Part shown: piece after piece, positions 36,991 to 47,806 of the stretch | Position numbering within the stretch: the first letter of the stretch is position 1 | Layout of the letters: each line of letters opens with the position of its first letter | Assembly: GCA_031290885.1 (NCBI GenBank) | Contig: JAISLQ010000006.1 | Location: forward strand, 39,639 to 103,638 | Reading direction: 5' to 3' | Source: Acidaminococcales bacterium | GTDB taxonomy: Bacteria; Bacillota; Negativicutes; Acidaminococcales; JAISLQ01 | DNA: 64,000 bases | The notes under the pieces: model-generated | What the model was told of the DNA's origin: nothing | What the model saw: only the letters and a program-made list of their open reading frames with translations | Database searches by the model: none | Made by a program: the position numbers and the translations under genes

Positions 36991-37374
36991 ATGAAAAAGA
37001 TCATAAACGCACCAGGGGCGCCGCAAGCGATTGGCGCTTATTCGCAGGCGGTCAAGGCAAACGGTTTTCTGTTTGTTTCCGGGCAAATACCGCTCGATTC
37101 GGTTACAGGCGATTTAGTTTACGGCGGCGTGCCCGTGCAAACGCACCAGATACTGGCAAACATAAAGTCAATATTGGCGGCCGAGGCACTCTCTTTCGCC
37201 GACGTGGTCAAAAGCACGGTTTTTCTCGTCAACATGGACGATTTCAAAACGGTAAACGATATTTACGCGCAATATTTCAAAGAAGCGCCGCCCGCAAGAT
37301 CCTGCGTCCAGGCAGCCCGCCTGCCCCGGGGGGCGGAAGTGGAAATAGAAATAATCGCCGCTTATCCGTCCTGA
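36991..37374 (+). CDS. ridA: RidA/YjgF-family reactive enamine/imine deaminase
   Basis: MKKIINAPGAPQAIGAYSQAVKANGFLFVSGQIPLD...ARSCVQAARLPRGAEVEIEIIA. I chose the internal ATG at 36991; the ORF track starts at 36736. Confidence 0.9.
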   Translation: MKKIINAPGAPQAIGAYSQAVKANGFLFVSGQIPLDSVTGDLVYGGVPVQTHQILANIKSILAAEALSFADVVKSTVFLVNMDDFKTVNDIYAQYFKEAPPARSCVQAARLPRGAEVEIEIIAAYPS

Positions 37375-37439
37375 ACCGCGCTTTTTGCCTGAGTACACGT
37401 GAATCATCAAGCCAGTTCATGTTTTTGCCGGCGGCAGTA

Positions 37440-38234
37440 TTATTTTTTGCCGGCCAAAGCGCCGGTTTGCCTTTCTTTCCACTCGCGCCAAAAGAACAAA
37501 AAGGCGCCGGCGGCAACAATGACCAGGCTGGTGATTTGCGCGGATTTCAGCCCCAAAGCCAAAGGTTCGACGTAATCGCCGCGCAGATGCTCCAAAAAGA
37601 ACCGGGCCAGCGAATATAACACGGCGTACAGGATAAAAGCCTGCCCTTTGGCGTGCCGGCGCGCACGAAAGATAAGGAGCAGGGCGAAGATCGCTATGTC
37701 GATCTGCCCTTCCCAGACTTCCGCCGGCCAAAGCGGCTGCCCACCATAAACTTGCCGGGCCAGGGTCCCTTCCGGATAGACAATCCCGAAATCGCCGCCG
37801 GTAGGCGCGCCGAAAGCGTCGCCGTTGAGCAGGTTGGCGCAGCGCCCAAGCGCCTGTCCGAGGACGATGGCGGGAACGACTATGTCGCCAAAGGCCCAAG
37901 TGTCGATTTTATGCGTTTTTGTGTACGCCACGCCGATCAGCACGCCGAAGATTACGCCGCCCTGTATGGCCATGCCGCCTTGCCAGACAAAAGGTATCTC
38001 GGTGAGATGCCCACTGTAGTAATCCCAGTCAAAGAAAAAAACATCCCATAGCCTTGCGCCGACCAGTCCGGCCAGCCCGCAGTATATGCCCATGTCGGGA
38101 ACGTGCCCGTGCCAGCGCCCGTCCTGTTTGGCCAGGAAATAAGCTGCCCCCGTGGCGAGAATGATGCTCAGGCAAAGTACCAGCCCGTAGGAACGGACAG
38201 GAAACCCGCCAATATGGAAAAGATATTGGTGCAT
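37440..38234 (-). CDS. lgt: Phosphatidylglycerol--prolipoprotein diacylglyceryl transferase
   Basis: FPVRSYGLVL, GARLWDV, GGMAIQGGVIFG, GRCANLLNGDAFG and LYSLARFFLEHLRGD are present. The ATG at 38234 (MHQYLF) follows a GGAGGG RBS. Confidence 0.9.
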   Translation of the reverse strand: MHQYLFHIGGFPVRSYGLVLCLSIILATGAAYFLAKQDGRWHGHVPDMGIYCGLAGLVGARLWDVFFFDWDYYSGHLTEIPFVWQGGMAIQGGVIFGVLIGVAYTKTHKIDTWAFGDIVVPAIVLGQALGRCANLLNGDAFGAPTGGDFGIVYPEGTLARQVYGGQPLWPAEVWEGQIDIAIFALLLIFRARRHAKGQAFILYAVLYSLARFFLEHLRGDYVEPLALGLKSAQITSLVIVAAGAFLFFWREWKERQTGALAGKK

Positions 38235-38493
38235 AAGCCCTCCAAGGCTGATTGAACGGCATTTCATCCGGCGAAAGGTTTGCCGGCCGCCGAATGATTG
38301 TATGTTCAGTTTAAATAAAGGGGTTCGCCGACAATCCATTGCGGCGCTCGATCAGGCAATTTTCCGCCTTACATGGCAAGGCGCTTGTGCGCCCCCTAAC
38401 GGCGGGCCATGCCCGCCCGCCGCTTTTCTACATAAAAACCTCTCGCCGCAGCAGCCGCAAGCGATTATTGGCGGCCTTTAAATTTTCAAAAGG

Positions 38494-38997
38494 GTGTGTT
38501 TGATTGTGAAAAAAACAATTTTAAGCCTTTTACTGATTTTCATGCTCGCCGGCGCGGCGAGCCATTCGGCGGAAGCCGCCGCGAACGTGGGCGACGTGCT
38601 TGGCGCGCGCAGTTTTGAACTTTTGGGCGGCGGCACGGTAACCCTTCCGCTCCAAGGCAAAAAAGCCTGCGTGCTCAACCTGTGGGCTTCCTGGTGCCCA
38701 CCCTGCCGGGGGGAAATGCCGCAGTTGCAAGCTTTTTACGACAAGCATAAAAACAATCCGGACATAGCGTTGTATCTTATAAATCACGCCGAGCCGTCCA
38801 AGTCCGTCGAAGAATTTATGCGGCGAAACAACTTGGCGATGCCGGTCATTTTGGATCTGCGGGGCGAAGCGGTCGACATGCTTTACACCTCCGCCATTCC
38901 GACCACTATTATTGCCGGCGCCGACGGAAAGATCATTTTTCGGAAAATCGGCGCGATTACGGCAGAAGAATTGGAAGCCGCGCTTGCCGGTATTTGA
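38494..38997 (+). CDS. Thiol-disulfide oxidoreductase, TlpA/ResA-like (secreted thioredoxin fold)
   Basis: It has a signal or anchor sequence and the motif NLWASWCPPCRGEMP (a WCxxC active site). Confidence 0.85.
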   Translation: MCLIVKKTILSLLLIFMLAGAASHSAEAAANVGDVLGARSFELLGGGTVTLPLQGKKACVLNLWASWCPPCRGEMPQLQAFYDKHKNNPDIALYLINHAEPSKSVEEFMRRNNLAMPVILDLRGEAVDMLYTSAIPTTIIAGADGKIIFRKIGAITAEELEAALAGI

Positions 38998-39683
38998 CGA
39001 TGCCGCACGATATAACCTTTGGTGCGGCGGCCGCCGCGGGACTTCTTTCCTTTTTTTCGCCGTGCGTGTTCCCGCTCATGCCGCTTTATCTTTCGGCGAT
39101 CGCGCCGGGCGGGGCCGGCCGCGGTCGCTTGGCGGTTTTCGCCGGCGCGCTTTCTTTTGTGGCCGGCTTTACCTTGATATTCATCTTGCTGGGGTTGAGC
39201 GCGTCCGCCCTGGGCGCGTTCCTGGCGGAATACCGGAACGCTTTGCGCAAGGCCGGCGCTCTTTTTATGATCGGCATGGGACTTTTCCAGTTGGGGATCG
39301 TCTCGCCCGGCTTTTTGCTGCGGGAGCGGCGGCCGCTGCTTGACGCCGCCGGCCAAAACGGCGGCGCGTTCATTCTCGGCATGGCTTTCGTATTCGGCTG
39401 GATGCCATGCACGGGCCCCGTGCTTGGCGCTATACTCATTTATGCCGGCACGCAAGAAAGCGTTCGTTACGGCGCTTTTTTACTGGCCGCTTATTCCGCC
39501 GGCTTTAGCCTGCCGCTTTTGCTGACCGCGCTGGCCACCGACAGCTTCGCCCACAGGCTGCGCCGCCTGGCGTCGCCCTGGCTGGGGGCGGGGCAGAAAC
39601 TGGCCGGACTGTCCTTAATCGCAATAGGCGCGCTTTTATACACAAACAAACTGTCGCAAATAATAGTTTGGTTTTATCTTTGA
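38994..39683 (+). CDS. ccdA: Cytochrome c biogenesis / thiol-disulfide electron transfer membrane protein CcdA (DsbD family)
   Basis: The 229-aa ORF is polytopic. It shows SFFSPCVFPLMPLYLS and GWMPCTGPVLGAIL, the two conserved Cys motifs. It overlaps the tlpA-like stop. Confidence 0.85.
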   Translation: MTMPHDITFGAAAAAGLLSFFSPCVFPLMPLYLSAIAPGGAGRGRLAVFAGALSFVAGFTLIFILLGLSASALGAFLAEYRNALRKAGALFMIGMGLFQLGIVSPGFLLRERRPLLDAAGQNGGAFILGMAFVFGWMPCTGPVLGAILIYAGTQESVRYGAFLLAAYSAGFSLPLLLTALATDSFAHRLRRLASPWLGAGQKLAGLSLIAIGALLYTNKLSQIIVWFYL

Positions 39684-39718
39684 CCCTTTGCGGTTCGGAC
39701 AGGCCATGCCAACACGCC

Positions 39719-40411
39719 CTAAAGCGTGAGCTTTAACTGAAAGCCTAAAGCGTCGGCCGCGACCAAGCTGTAGATTGTCCCGTCTTTTTCGCCCTGATAG
39801 CCCAAAACGCCGCTTTCTCCGTGCAGGTGGCCGTAAACGCAGATCCTTGCCTGATATTTTTCGCAAAGAGCGCTGAACCCCGTTGGCTTGCCGTCAACAT
39901 AAAGCGGCGGATAATGCAGGGCGAGGAGCGGTTTTTCATAACCGGCGCGTTTGGCGGACAGCAGGGAGCTTTCCGCGCGGATCAGTTCCCGGCGGTAAAT
40001 GGCGTCGTCTTTTTCCGTAAAATCCGGCGCGTTCGGCGTCAGCCAGCCGCGGCTGCCGCAAACGGCGAGCCCGCCTGCGGCGTAAAAATTATTGTGCAGG
40101 AAAAAACAGCCTCCGCCTATCGCCGCATTCATTTTCGCCAAGCCGGTCCACCAGAAATCGTGATTGCCGCGGATTAATACTTTGCCGCCCGGCATGGCAG
40201 CGATTTCCTTCAGATCGCCCAATGCGTCAGGAAAGCGCATGGCCCAAGAAATGTCGCCGCAGATGATTACAAGGTCTTCTTTCCTTACGGCGGCCAGCCA
40301 TGATTTTTGTATTTTTTCCCAGTGGTTCTCCCATTCCGGCGCAAAGACCGACATAGGCTTGGCCGGCGGCCGGCCGGAAAGATGCAGGTCGCCGATGGCG
40401 TAAATGCTCAT
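39719..40411 (-). CDS. Metallophosphoesterase (calcineurin-like)
   Basis: MSIYAIGDLHLS, ICGDISW, IRGNHDFWW and VYGHLHG are the metallophosphoesterase motifs (D.H / GD / GNH / GH.H). Confidence 0.85.
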   Translation of the reverse strand: MSIYAIGDLHLSGRPPAKPMSVFAPEWENHWEKIQKSWLAAVRKEDLVIICGDISWAMRFPDALGDLKEIAAMPGGKVLIRGNHDFWWTGLAKMNAAIGGGCFFLHNNFYAAGGLAVCGSRGWLTPNAPDFTEKDDAIYRRELIRAESSLLSAKRAGYEKPLLALHYPPLYVDGKPTGFSALCEKYQARICVYGHLHGESGVLGYQGEKDGTIYSLVAADALGFQLKLTL

Positions 40412-40422
40412 GTCTGCCTCAA

Positions 40423-40451
40423 TTGACTTTTCTTGTCCGCTCGTTTATAAT
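40423..40451 (+). promoter_or_regulatory. SigA-type promoter of the leuS leader
   Basis: TTGACT (40423-40428), a 17-nt spacer, then TATAAT (40446-40451). Confidence 0.65.
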
Positions 40452-40457
40452 GGTTTC

Positions 40458-40708
40458 GTAAATTCGATGAAGCAGAGTAGTAGATTTGGGAGCCGTATCC
40501 CCTCTCTATCATGTTACAGAAATTTGGCGGCCGATGCAAGCCAAACTTGAAAAATCGAACTCGCTGCCAAGAAGCGGCCGTGAAATATTTGAGCGGCCGC
40601 CGCGCGCCCGGCGTTAACGGTTAAAGTGGGCGGACGGTTGCGCTCTCGTCCGTCAAGCAGGGTGGTACCGCGATGCGTCGTCCCTGGCCTATGGGCCGGG
40701 GATTTTTT
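40458..40708 (+). promoter_or_regulatory. T-box riboswitch leader, leucine (CUC) specifier
   Basis: The elements seen are GATGAAGCAGAGTAG (GA/K-turn plus AGAGTA), a specifier context GAA-CTC-G (about 40556-40562), the T-box AGGGTGGTACCGCG (40658-40671), and a terminator CCCTGGCC-TAT-GGCCGGGG followed by ATTTTTT (40682-40708). Confidence 0.85.
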
Positions 40709-40907
40709 GTTATACTGCCGCCGAGATAGGACACGGACAAGATTTTAAGGGCCAATTCGCCGCCCGGCAAGGCGCGAAACGCAGGCGAGCCGCAAAGCCC
40801 GGCAAGGATTTTGCGCAAAGCGGCGCGGCGAATCAGCCGCAAAGATCCTTATGCTTTAAACAATAGGCAGTATCAGGGGGGCGCCATTAATTTTGGGAGG
40901 CAGGAAA

Positions 40908-43385
40908 ATGCAATTTAACCAAAGATATTCTCCGCACGAAATTGAAGAGAAATGGCAGGCGGCGTGGGCGCGGGAGGCGGCTTTCGCAACAGGCGGCGCC
41001 GGCGGCCCAAAATATTATGTGCTGGAGATGTTCCCTTACCCCTCCGGCAAGCTGCACATGGGCCATGTGCGCAACTACGCCATTGGCGACGTGATCGCGC
41101 GCTTTAAAAGAATGAATGGGTTCAACGTCCTTCACCCCATGGGCTGGGACGCTTTCGGCATGCCGGCGGAAAACGCCGCCATTGCCAACAACATACCTCC
41201 CGCCCGCTGGACTTATTCCAATATAGAGAACATGCGCGCCCTGCAAAAACGGCTGGGGTTTTCCTATGACTGGGAGCGCGAGGTAACCACCTGCGACGAA
41301 GATTACTATCGCTGGACGCAATGGCTGTTTTTGCTTTTTTACGAAAGGGGGCTGGCTTACAAGAAGAAAGCCGTCGTCAATTGGTGCGAGCATTGCAACA
41401 CCGTGCTGGCCAACGAACAGGTCATTGACGGCAAGTGCTGGCGCTGCGACTGTGCCGCATCGCGGAAAAGCCTCGAACAATGGTTCCTGCGCATTACCGA
41501 CTACGCGGACCTTCTGCTGGCCGATATCGAAAAACTAAAGGGCTGGCCGGAACGGGTAAAGGTGATGCAGCAGAACTGGATAGGGCGCAGCGAAGGGATG
41601 GAGTTTTCCTTTGCCGTGCCGTCCATAGCAGACAAGATACCTGTTTATACGACCAGGCAGGATACTGTCTTTGGCGTTACCTATATGGTGCTGGCGCCGG
41701 AACATCCCTTGCTCGCCAAGCTTGTCGCCGGCTACGCGGGGGCGGATGCCGTGCTTGCGTTTTCCGAGCGCGTGCGCGCCCAAAGCGAATTGCAGCGCAC
41801 GTCGGCCGAATTTGAAAAAGAAGGCGTGTTTACCGGCGCTTACGCGGTAAATCCCATGACCGGCGGCGAAATACCTATCTGGATCGCCAATTATGTGCTT
41901 TATGAATACGGCACCGGCGCCGTCATGGGCGTGCCGGCGCATGACGAGCGCGACTGGCAGTTTGCCAATAAATACGGCCTGCCTAAAATCATCGTGATCC
42001 GGCCCGAAGGCAAAGCGCTGGAAACAAGCCAAATGGACGGGGCATATGAGGGGCCGGGCGTTATGGTGAATTCCGGCGAATTTGACGGGTTGGACAGCGA
42101 GAAAGGCAAAAAAGCGGTGGCCGACTATATGATCGCGCACTCCATCGGCCTATGCCGCGTGAATTACCGTCTGCGCGACTGGCTGATCAGCCGGCAGCGT
42201 TATTGGGGCGCGCCCATACCGATGGTTTATTGCGACAAGTGCGGCGCAGTGCCTGTGCCGAAGGAGGATCTGCCGGTAAAATTGCCGAAGGAAGTGGATT
42301 TCAGCGATTTTAAAAAATCACCGCTGGAAACGGCTCCCGATTTCGTAACGTGCGCCTGTCCGCGCTGCGGCGCTAAGGCGCGGCGCGAAACAGACACTAT
42401 GGATACCTTCATCTGCTCGTCTTGGTATTACCTGCGTTATACCGACCCCAATAACGCCAGAGCGCCTTTTGCGGCGGACAAGGTCAATTACTGGCTGCCG
42501 GCCGACATTTATATCGGCGGCATAGAACACGCCATACTGCATCTTCTGTATTCGCGCTTTTTTACCAAGGTATTGCGGGACGCGGGCATGATTGAAGCCG
42601 CCGAGCCCTTTCGTAACCTCTTGACCCAAGGCATGGTGATAAAAGACGGCGCTAAAATGTCCAAATCCAAAGGCAACATTGTTTCGCCGGAAGAAATAAT
42701 CGCCAAATACGGCGCGGACACCGCCAGGCTCTTCATCTTGTTCGCCGCCCCGCCTGAACGCGACCTTGACTGGAGCGATCAGGGCGTGGAAGGGTCTTTC
42801 CGCTTCCTCGGCCGCCTCTGGCGCATAGTGCGGCAGCTCGCGCCGCTTGCGGCGGACGGCGGGTACGCAAAAGGCGAACTGTCAAAAGACGAAAAAGAAA
42901 TGCGCCGCTTGCTCAATGTTACTATTAAACGGGTTACGGACGACATAGCGCAGCGTTTTAATTTTAATACGGCGATAAGCGCGGTAATGGAATTGGTCAA
43001 CGCCCTTTATATTTACAAAGAAAAAACCGAAAAATTGAACGCCGCCCTGACCGGCGAAATCATAAGTGTACTTTTGCGCTTGCTCGCGCCGTTCGTGCCG
43101 CATATAACAGAAGAGTTATGGGCGCTCGGCGGCTATGGGGGCAGCGTCCACGCCCGGCAATGGCCTGCCTATGACCTTGCGGCGACCAAAGCCGAAAAAG
43201 TTGAGATCGTCGTACAATTAAACGGCAAGATCCGCGATAAAATGACCGTCCCTGCCGGACTGTCGGCCGAAGAGTCGGAGCGGCTCGCCCTTTCCCTGCC
43301 CAAGATAAAAGATTCGCTCGGCGGGGCGCGGGTTGCCAAAGTGATTTGCGTGCCCGACAAACTTGTCAACGTAGTCGTGAAATAA
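40908..43385 (+). CDS. leuS: Leucine--tRNA ligase
   Basis: [33 protein letters not shown] (HIGH-type motif), the CP1 editing region and KMSKSKGN are present. The ATG at 40908 follows a GGGAGG RBS. Confidence 0.97.
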   Translation: MQFNQRYSPHEIEEKWQAAWAREAAFATGGAGGPKYYVLEMFPYPSGKLHMGHVRNYAIGDVIARFKRMNGFNVLHPMGWDAFGMPAENAAIANNIPPARWTYSNIENMRALQKRLGFSYDWEREVTTCDEDYYRWTQWLFLLFYERGLAYKKKAVVNWCEHCNTVLANEQVIDGKCWRCDCAASRKSLEQWFLRITDYADLLLADIEKLKGWPERVKVMQQNWIGRSEGMEFSFAVPSIADKIPVYTTRQDTVFGVTYMVLAPEHPLLAKLVAGYAGADAVLAFSERVRAQSELQRTSAEFEKEGVFTGAYAVNPMTGGEIPIWIANYVLYEYGTGAVMGVPAHDERDWQFANKYGLPKIIVIRPEGKALETSQMDGAYEGPGVMVNSGEFDGLDSEKGKKAVADYMIAHSIGLCRVNYRLRDWLISRQRYWGAPIPMVYCDKCGAVPVPKEDLPVKLPKEVDFSDFKKSPLETAPDFVTCACPRCGAKARRETDTMDTFICSSWYYLRYTDPNNARAPFAADKVNYWLPADIYIGGIEHAILHLLYSRFFTKVLRDAGMIEAAEPFRNLLTQGMVIKDGAKMSKSKGNIVSPEEIIAKYGADTARLFILFAAPPERDLDWSDQGVEGSFRFLGRLWRIVRQLAPLAADGGYAKGELSKDEKEMRRLLNVTIKRVTDDIAQRFNFNTAISAVMELVNALYIYKEKTEKLNAALTGEIISVLLRLLAPFVPHITEELWALGGYGGSVHARQWPAYDLAATKAEKVEIVVQLNGKIRDKMTVPAGLSAEESERLALSLPKIKDSLGGARVAKVICVPDKLVNVVVK

Positions 43386-43508
43386 CGGGGCCTCTAAGGA
43401 CGCCGCGCAATATTGTTCTAAGGTTAGGGCGTGTTTGCAAAATCCGTTGCGGCCTCTTTACGGCTAATTTTGCGCTTTGCTGTGTCAGCATCTCCTAAAG
43501 GAATTGCC

Positions 43509-44093
43509 ATGGAAAAAGAGGAAAAATACAAATTGGCGGCCATCATGCTTTTGCTCGCCCTCTTTACCGGCGCCGGCGTCTGGCGGCAGGAACGCCGCCT
43601 AAGCGTGGCCGGCTCGCCGCCGGAAACTCCCCCGACCGTCTATGAGGCGCTGAAAAAGCAGCAGATCACCGTAAGCGTGGCCGGCGCGGTAGCCTCGCCC
43701 GGCCTGTACGATCTTTCGCCCGGCAGCAGGGCGGCGGATGCGATAAGCAAAGCGGGCGGCTTTCTGCCACAGGCGGATCGGGACAAAGTCAACCTCGCCC
43801 GGCGCTGCTCCGACGGCATGAACATATTGGTTCCGTACAAAAAAGCCGAACCGCCGGAGAAAAGGCCGCGGCGCGCGCGTACGGATGTCCCGCCGCCGGG
43901 CGAAACGATCGACATAAACAGCGCCGGCGAGGACGAATTCTCGCGCCTGCCCGGAATAGGGCCGGAACTGGCCAAAAGGATCGTGGCTTACCGTGCGCGG
44001 TACGGACCTTTTAAAACTACCGGGCAACTTAAAGACGTTGACGGGATCGGCGAAGCTAAATTCTCCCTGTTCAGGAACAGGTTAAAAATATGA
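43509..44093 (+). CDS. comEA: Competence protein ComEA (DNA receptor, SLBB + helix-hairpin-helix)
   Basis: It has an N-terminal TM, the SLBB-like VSVAGAVASPGLYDL..GSRAADAISKAGG, and the C-terminal HhH INSAGEDEFSRLPGIGPELAKRIVAYRARYGPFKTTGQLKDVDGIG. Confidence 0.88.
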   Translation: MEKEEKYKLAAIMLLLALFTGAGVWRQERRLSVAGSPPETPPTVYEALKKQQITVSVAGAVASPGLYDLSPGSRAADAISKAGGFLPQADRDKVNLARRCSDGMNILVPYKKAEPPEKRPRRARTDVPPPGETIDINSAGEDEFSRLPGIGPELAKRIVAYRARYGPFKTTGQLKDVDGIGEAKFSLFRNRLKI

Positions 44094-46450
44094 ACCCGAA
44101 AAAATTATTTTTCGTCGGCGGGGCGCTTTTTGCGCTGGCGGTTTATCTTGCCCAGGCCTTTGCCGTACCTTCATATTTTGCTTTCGGCCTTTCGGCCTGT
44201 GGCGCGGCCATGGCACTTAGCGGCTTGTTTAAGAATGCGGCGGCGCGTTTTTTGTGCTATGGCGGGTCTATGCTTTTCTTTTTTGCTTCTGGCCTTTTAA
44301 TCGGAACGAACGCCAATGCGCCCGCTCCAGACAGTGTTTTTTATCTTGCCGGGCGTACCGGCGTGATCACCGGCAGCGTAGTCCCGGGCACCTGGCGGGC
44401 GGGCAGGGCTGGCTACGCCGCCTTCCTGCTCCAAAGCGCGTCTTTTCACGCGCAAGGGGCAACCGGCGCCCAAAGCGGCAATTTGCGCATAACCTTGCGC
44501 CGCGTGCCGGAAGGGGCAAGGCTGAAAGCCGGCGACATTGTCAGCATCGGCGGGGAAATAAGGCCGCTTTCGGGGTTTGCCAACCCGGGCGGCATCGATA
44601 CGGTCGCCTACGAACGGCGGCGGGACGTTTACGGGCGCGTATCCGCAGACTACGAAGACATAGCGGTGGCCGAAAACGAAACCAGCCTGGCCGCCAGGGC
44701 AGAGGGCTGGCTCGGCGGACTGAAAGACGCGGCGGGCAAAATACTGCCGCCTTCGGACAGGGCGATCATCTTTGGGATGCTCTTTGGCGGGCAGGAAGGA
44801 ATAGACGGAGAGATTATCCAGGATTTTTCCACCACCGGCCTCATCCATATATTGTCCGTTTCCGGCGCGCACGTCGCTATGATCGCGGGCTTTGTCGGCT
44901 GGTTGTTGGGCAGATGCCGGCTGAACCGCAAAAAAGCCGCCCCTTTCGTCATTGCCGCCATTTGGTTTTACGCCCTTTTGTCGTCCTTCTCCATACCGGT
45001 GATACGTTCCGCCGCTATGGGCACGGCTGTCCTCGTAGGGCGACTGTTCGGCCGCAAAGCCGACAGCGGCGCGATTTTGGCCTTTGTGCTGCTGCTTTCG
45101 CTTATCTATGAACCGCGCTGGATTTTTTCAATAAGTTTGCAACTGTCTTTTTTGGCGGCGGCGGGCATTATCTATATCTACCCGCCGCTGAAGGCCAAGC
45201 TGGACGTTTTGCCGGAAATGCCGGCGGCCGCTCTGGCGCTGACTTTGTCGGCGCAAATCGCAACTTTGCCTTTTCTCGCCAACTATTTTTATCAAATTTC
45301 TTTAGTCGCTTTTTTAGCCAACATCTTAATTTTGCCCCTTTTGGAAGGCTGCCTGGTCGCTGCTTTTTTCGCCCTGCCTTTTCTTTACATCCTGCCTCCG
45401 GTCGGCAGTTTAGTTTTTATAGCGGCCGGGCTGCTTTTGGGGATCGCGCTGCGGCTGGCCGAATTTATCGCCGCTTTCCCTTTCGCGGCGCTGTCCGTGC
45501 CGTATCTGCCGCCCTTGCTCTGGAGTTGTTACTATCTGGCGCTATTGTCCGCCTTTGACTGGCTGCCGGGCGGTTTTACAAAGCGCGGACGGCTGATTAT
45601 ATGCGGCGGCGCCCTTTGCGCCGTGCTGATAGGTTTTCTCTGGCGCTCCGATACCGGCGGGCGGCTGGCCGTACACTTTATGGACGTTGGGCAAGGGGAC
45701 GCCGCGCTGGTCATAACGCCCCGGAAGCGGGCAATCTTGATCGACGCGGGCGGGCGCGGGTTTTCCGGCGGCTACGACGCGGGGGAACGGGTCGTGCTGC
45801 CCTACCTTAAATACTATGGGCTAAAAGAATTGCAGCTTCTTATCTTGTCGCACGGCCATGACGATCACGCGGGCGGCGCGGCGGCGGTAGCGAAAAGCCT
45901 GCCGGTGCGGGAAATATGGCTTCCCGCCGGCCAAGTTTCGGACGATGTGGAAAGATTGCTCAAAAACAGCGCGCACAGCAAAAAAGTCGTAATGGCTGAA
46001 GGCACGGCAACAATAATCGACGATGCCAAAATAAAAGTCATATACGCGCCGGACAGCCTTTATGCCGCGCGCAAAAAAACCGCCGAAACCTCGGCGGTAA
46101 TAAAGCTGTCTTACCAAGGGCGGGATTTTTTGTTCACCGGCGATATAACGGCCGCAACCGAACGGGAAATAGCGCCCCTGGCCGGGCAAATATCCGTGCT
46201 GAAGGTGGCGCACCACGGTTCCGGCGCCTCCAGCGACCCTTTGTTCATCGGAACGCTTAATCCGGAACTGTCGGTCATTTCCGTCGGCGGCGGCAATCGG
46301 TACGGGCACCCTTCTTACGAAACGCTCGAGAGGCTCTCCCGGCAGGGCTGCGCCACCTTGCGCACCGATTTTAACGGCGCCGTGCTGGTCGAGGTAACAA
46401 ACGGCGCCTTAAAGTGGCACACTTACAAACAAAACCCCGAACATTTCTGA
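44090..46450 (+). CDS. comEC: DNA internalization competence protein ComEC/Rec2
   Basis: The ORF is 786 aa. It has a polytopic competence domain (HILSVSGAHV) and a C-terminal metallo-beta-lactamase domain (VHFMDVGQGDAALV, LSHGHDDHAGG, KVAHHGS). Confidence 0.9.
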   Translation: MNPKKLFFVGGALFALAVYLAQAFAVPSYFAFGLSACGAAMALSGLFKNAAARFLCYGGSMLFFFASGLLIGTNANAPAPDSVFYLAGRTGVITGSVVPGTWRAGRAGYAAFLLQSASFHAQGATGAQSGNLRITLRRVPEGARLKAGDIVSIGGEIRPLSGFANPGGIDTVAYERRRDVYGRVSADYEDIAVAENETSLAARAEGWLGGLKDAAGKILPPSDRAIIFGMLFGGQEGIDGEIIQDFSTTGLIHILSVSGAHVAMIAGFVGWLLGRCRLNRKKAAPFVIAAIWFYALLSSFSIPVIRSAAMGTAVLVGRLFGRKADSGAILAFVLLLSLIYEPRWIFSISLQLSFLAAAGIIYIYPPLKAKLDVLPEMPAAALALTLSAQIATLPFLANYFYQISLVAFLANILILPLLEGCLVAAFFALPFLYILPPVGSLVFIAAGLLLGIALRLAEFIAAFPFAALSVPYLPPLLWSCYYLALLSAFDWLPGGFTKRGRLIICGGALCAVLIGFLWRSDTGGRLAVHFMDVGQGDAALVITPRKRAILIDAGGRGFSGGYDAGERVVLPYLKYYGLKELQLLILSHGHDDHAGGAAAVAKSLPVREIWLPAGQVSDDVERLLKNSAHSKKVVMAEGTATIIDDAKIKVIYAPDSLYAARKKTAETSAVIKLSYQGRDFLFTGDITAATEREIAPLAGQISVLKVAHHGSGASSDPLFIGTLNPELSVISVGGGNRYGHPSYETLERLSRQGCATLRTDFNGAVLVEVTNGALKWHTYKQNPEHF

Positions 46451-46627
46451 TGCTGAACCGAATGTCCCCTGAACTCATACAAAGCGTATGCTTGCGGCGC
46501 CAAGCCGGATATTTTCATCCTTCGCCGCAGAACCGGGCCATGCCCGCCGGTTACAAGTCCCTGCCCGTCCTTGGGCGGAAGAAGTTGGACTTTCGCCCAA
46601 CTGAATATACTTCAAAAGGAGCTTTTT

Positions 46628-47653
46628 ATGGAAGCGGAAGAATTCCTGCGGCGCCTTGACGCCGCTGTGCCGCCGCTGACGCTGCTGATAGGCGGCGAAC
46701 ACTTTTATGTCGAAAAAATACGGCAAAAAATCAGGGCAAAATGGCTGGGCGGCGAGGCGGAAAAAGACATTGCCGTCTTGCCGTCCGAACCGGCGGCGCA
46801 GAAATTTTCGCTGCTTTTGTCCGGCAGTTCCTTTTTCAGCGCGCGCTCTCTGATCGAAGTGCGGCAAAGCAGGCTTTTGTCCACGGCAAAGCAAGTTTCC
46901 GACGCGGAGGCCGGCGCGTACCTGGCGATGTTCAAAACCATACCTGAACACTGCCGGATAGTAATTCAAAGCGAAAAGGCCGACGCCAGGCTAAAATTTT
47001 ACAAAGCGGCCAGCGCCGTGGGCCAGGTTGTGGAATGTGCGCTCCTTGATCCAAGCAAAAAAGGTGACCTTGGCAAACTGAAAAACTGGCTGGCGCGGAC
47101 GGCGGCCGAATACGGCAGCCGCTGGGAAAGCGATGCGCTCTCTTTTATAACGGACGGCCTGTCCCTGCTGCAGGAAGTATCCCTCGCCCAATTGGCGCGG
47201 GAAATCGAAAAAATGCCCCTTTACGCCGGCGACAGAAAAAGTTGGAGCAGGCAGGACGCGGAAACCATCTTCTCCGATCTGACGGGCTTGTCCGGCTTTG
47301 TGCTCATCCGCGCCCTTGCGGACAGGGACGCCGTCAAAGCGCTTGCCATACTGCGCGAAACAACCGCTCGCGGCGTATATTTGCCGAAAACGTTGGGGCT
47401 TGTCGCTTTGCAATTGCGCCGGCTGCTGGCGGTCAAAAGCATTCTGGAAAAAGACGGCGGGCGGGAGGGCGTCATAACCGAAGCCGGCATAAAGCCGTAC
47501 TTCGCCGATGAAATCATAGGGCAATGCCAAAAAATGCCCAAAGCCAAAATCAAAAAAGCGCTGGCGGGAATTTCCGCCATGGCGCGGGAGATACCTTTCG
47601 GCGGCCGAGGAGCCGCGCATCTGGAAGAAATCATCGCGGATTTTTGCCGCTGA
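46628..47653 (+). CDS. holA: DNA polymerase III delta subunit
   Basis: The ORF is about 341 aa. It lies after comEC as in other Firmicutes. It has the N-terminal LLIGGEHFYVEK and C-terminal helical regions. The ATG at 46628 follows an AAAGGAG RBS. Confidence 0.75.
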   Translation: MEAEEFLRRLDAAVPPLTLLIGGEHFYVEKIRQKIRAKWLGGEAEKDIAVLPSEPAAQKFSLLLSGSSFFSARSLIEVRQSRLLSTAKQVSDAEAGAYLAMFKTIPEHCRIVIQSEKADARLKFYKAASAVGQVVECALLDPSKKGDLGKLKNWLARTAAEYGSRWESDALSFITDGLSLLQEVSLAQLAREIEKMPLYAGDRKSWSRQDAETIFSDLTGLSGFVLIRALADRDAVKALAILRETTARGVYLPKTLGLVALQLRRLLAVKSILEKDGGREGVITEAGIKPYFADEIIGQCQKMPKAKIKKALAGISAMAREIPFGGRGAAHLEEIIADFCR

Positions 47654-47806
47654 CCGCCCAAACGCCGCAAACAGCCATTGACAGTTCCCATTAGATGGCC
47701 GCTTGGTCCAACCTTTCGCAATTTCCCCTTTTCACGCAATGAAGAAAATTCCAACACGGCACAAGGCCGCCGGTCAAGCCGCGCCCCCTTCGCAGGGCGT
47801 TTCGGG

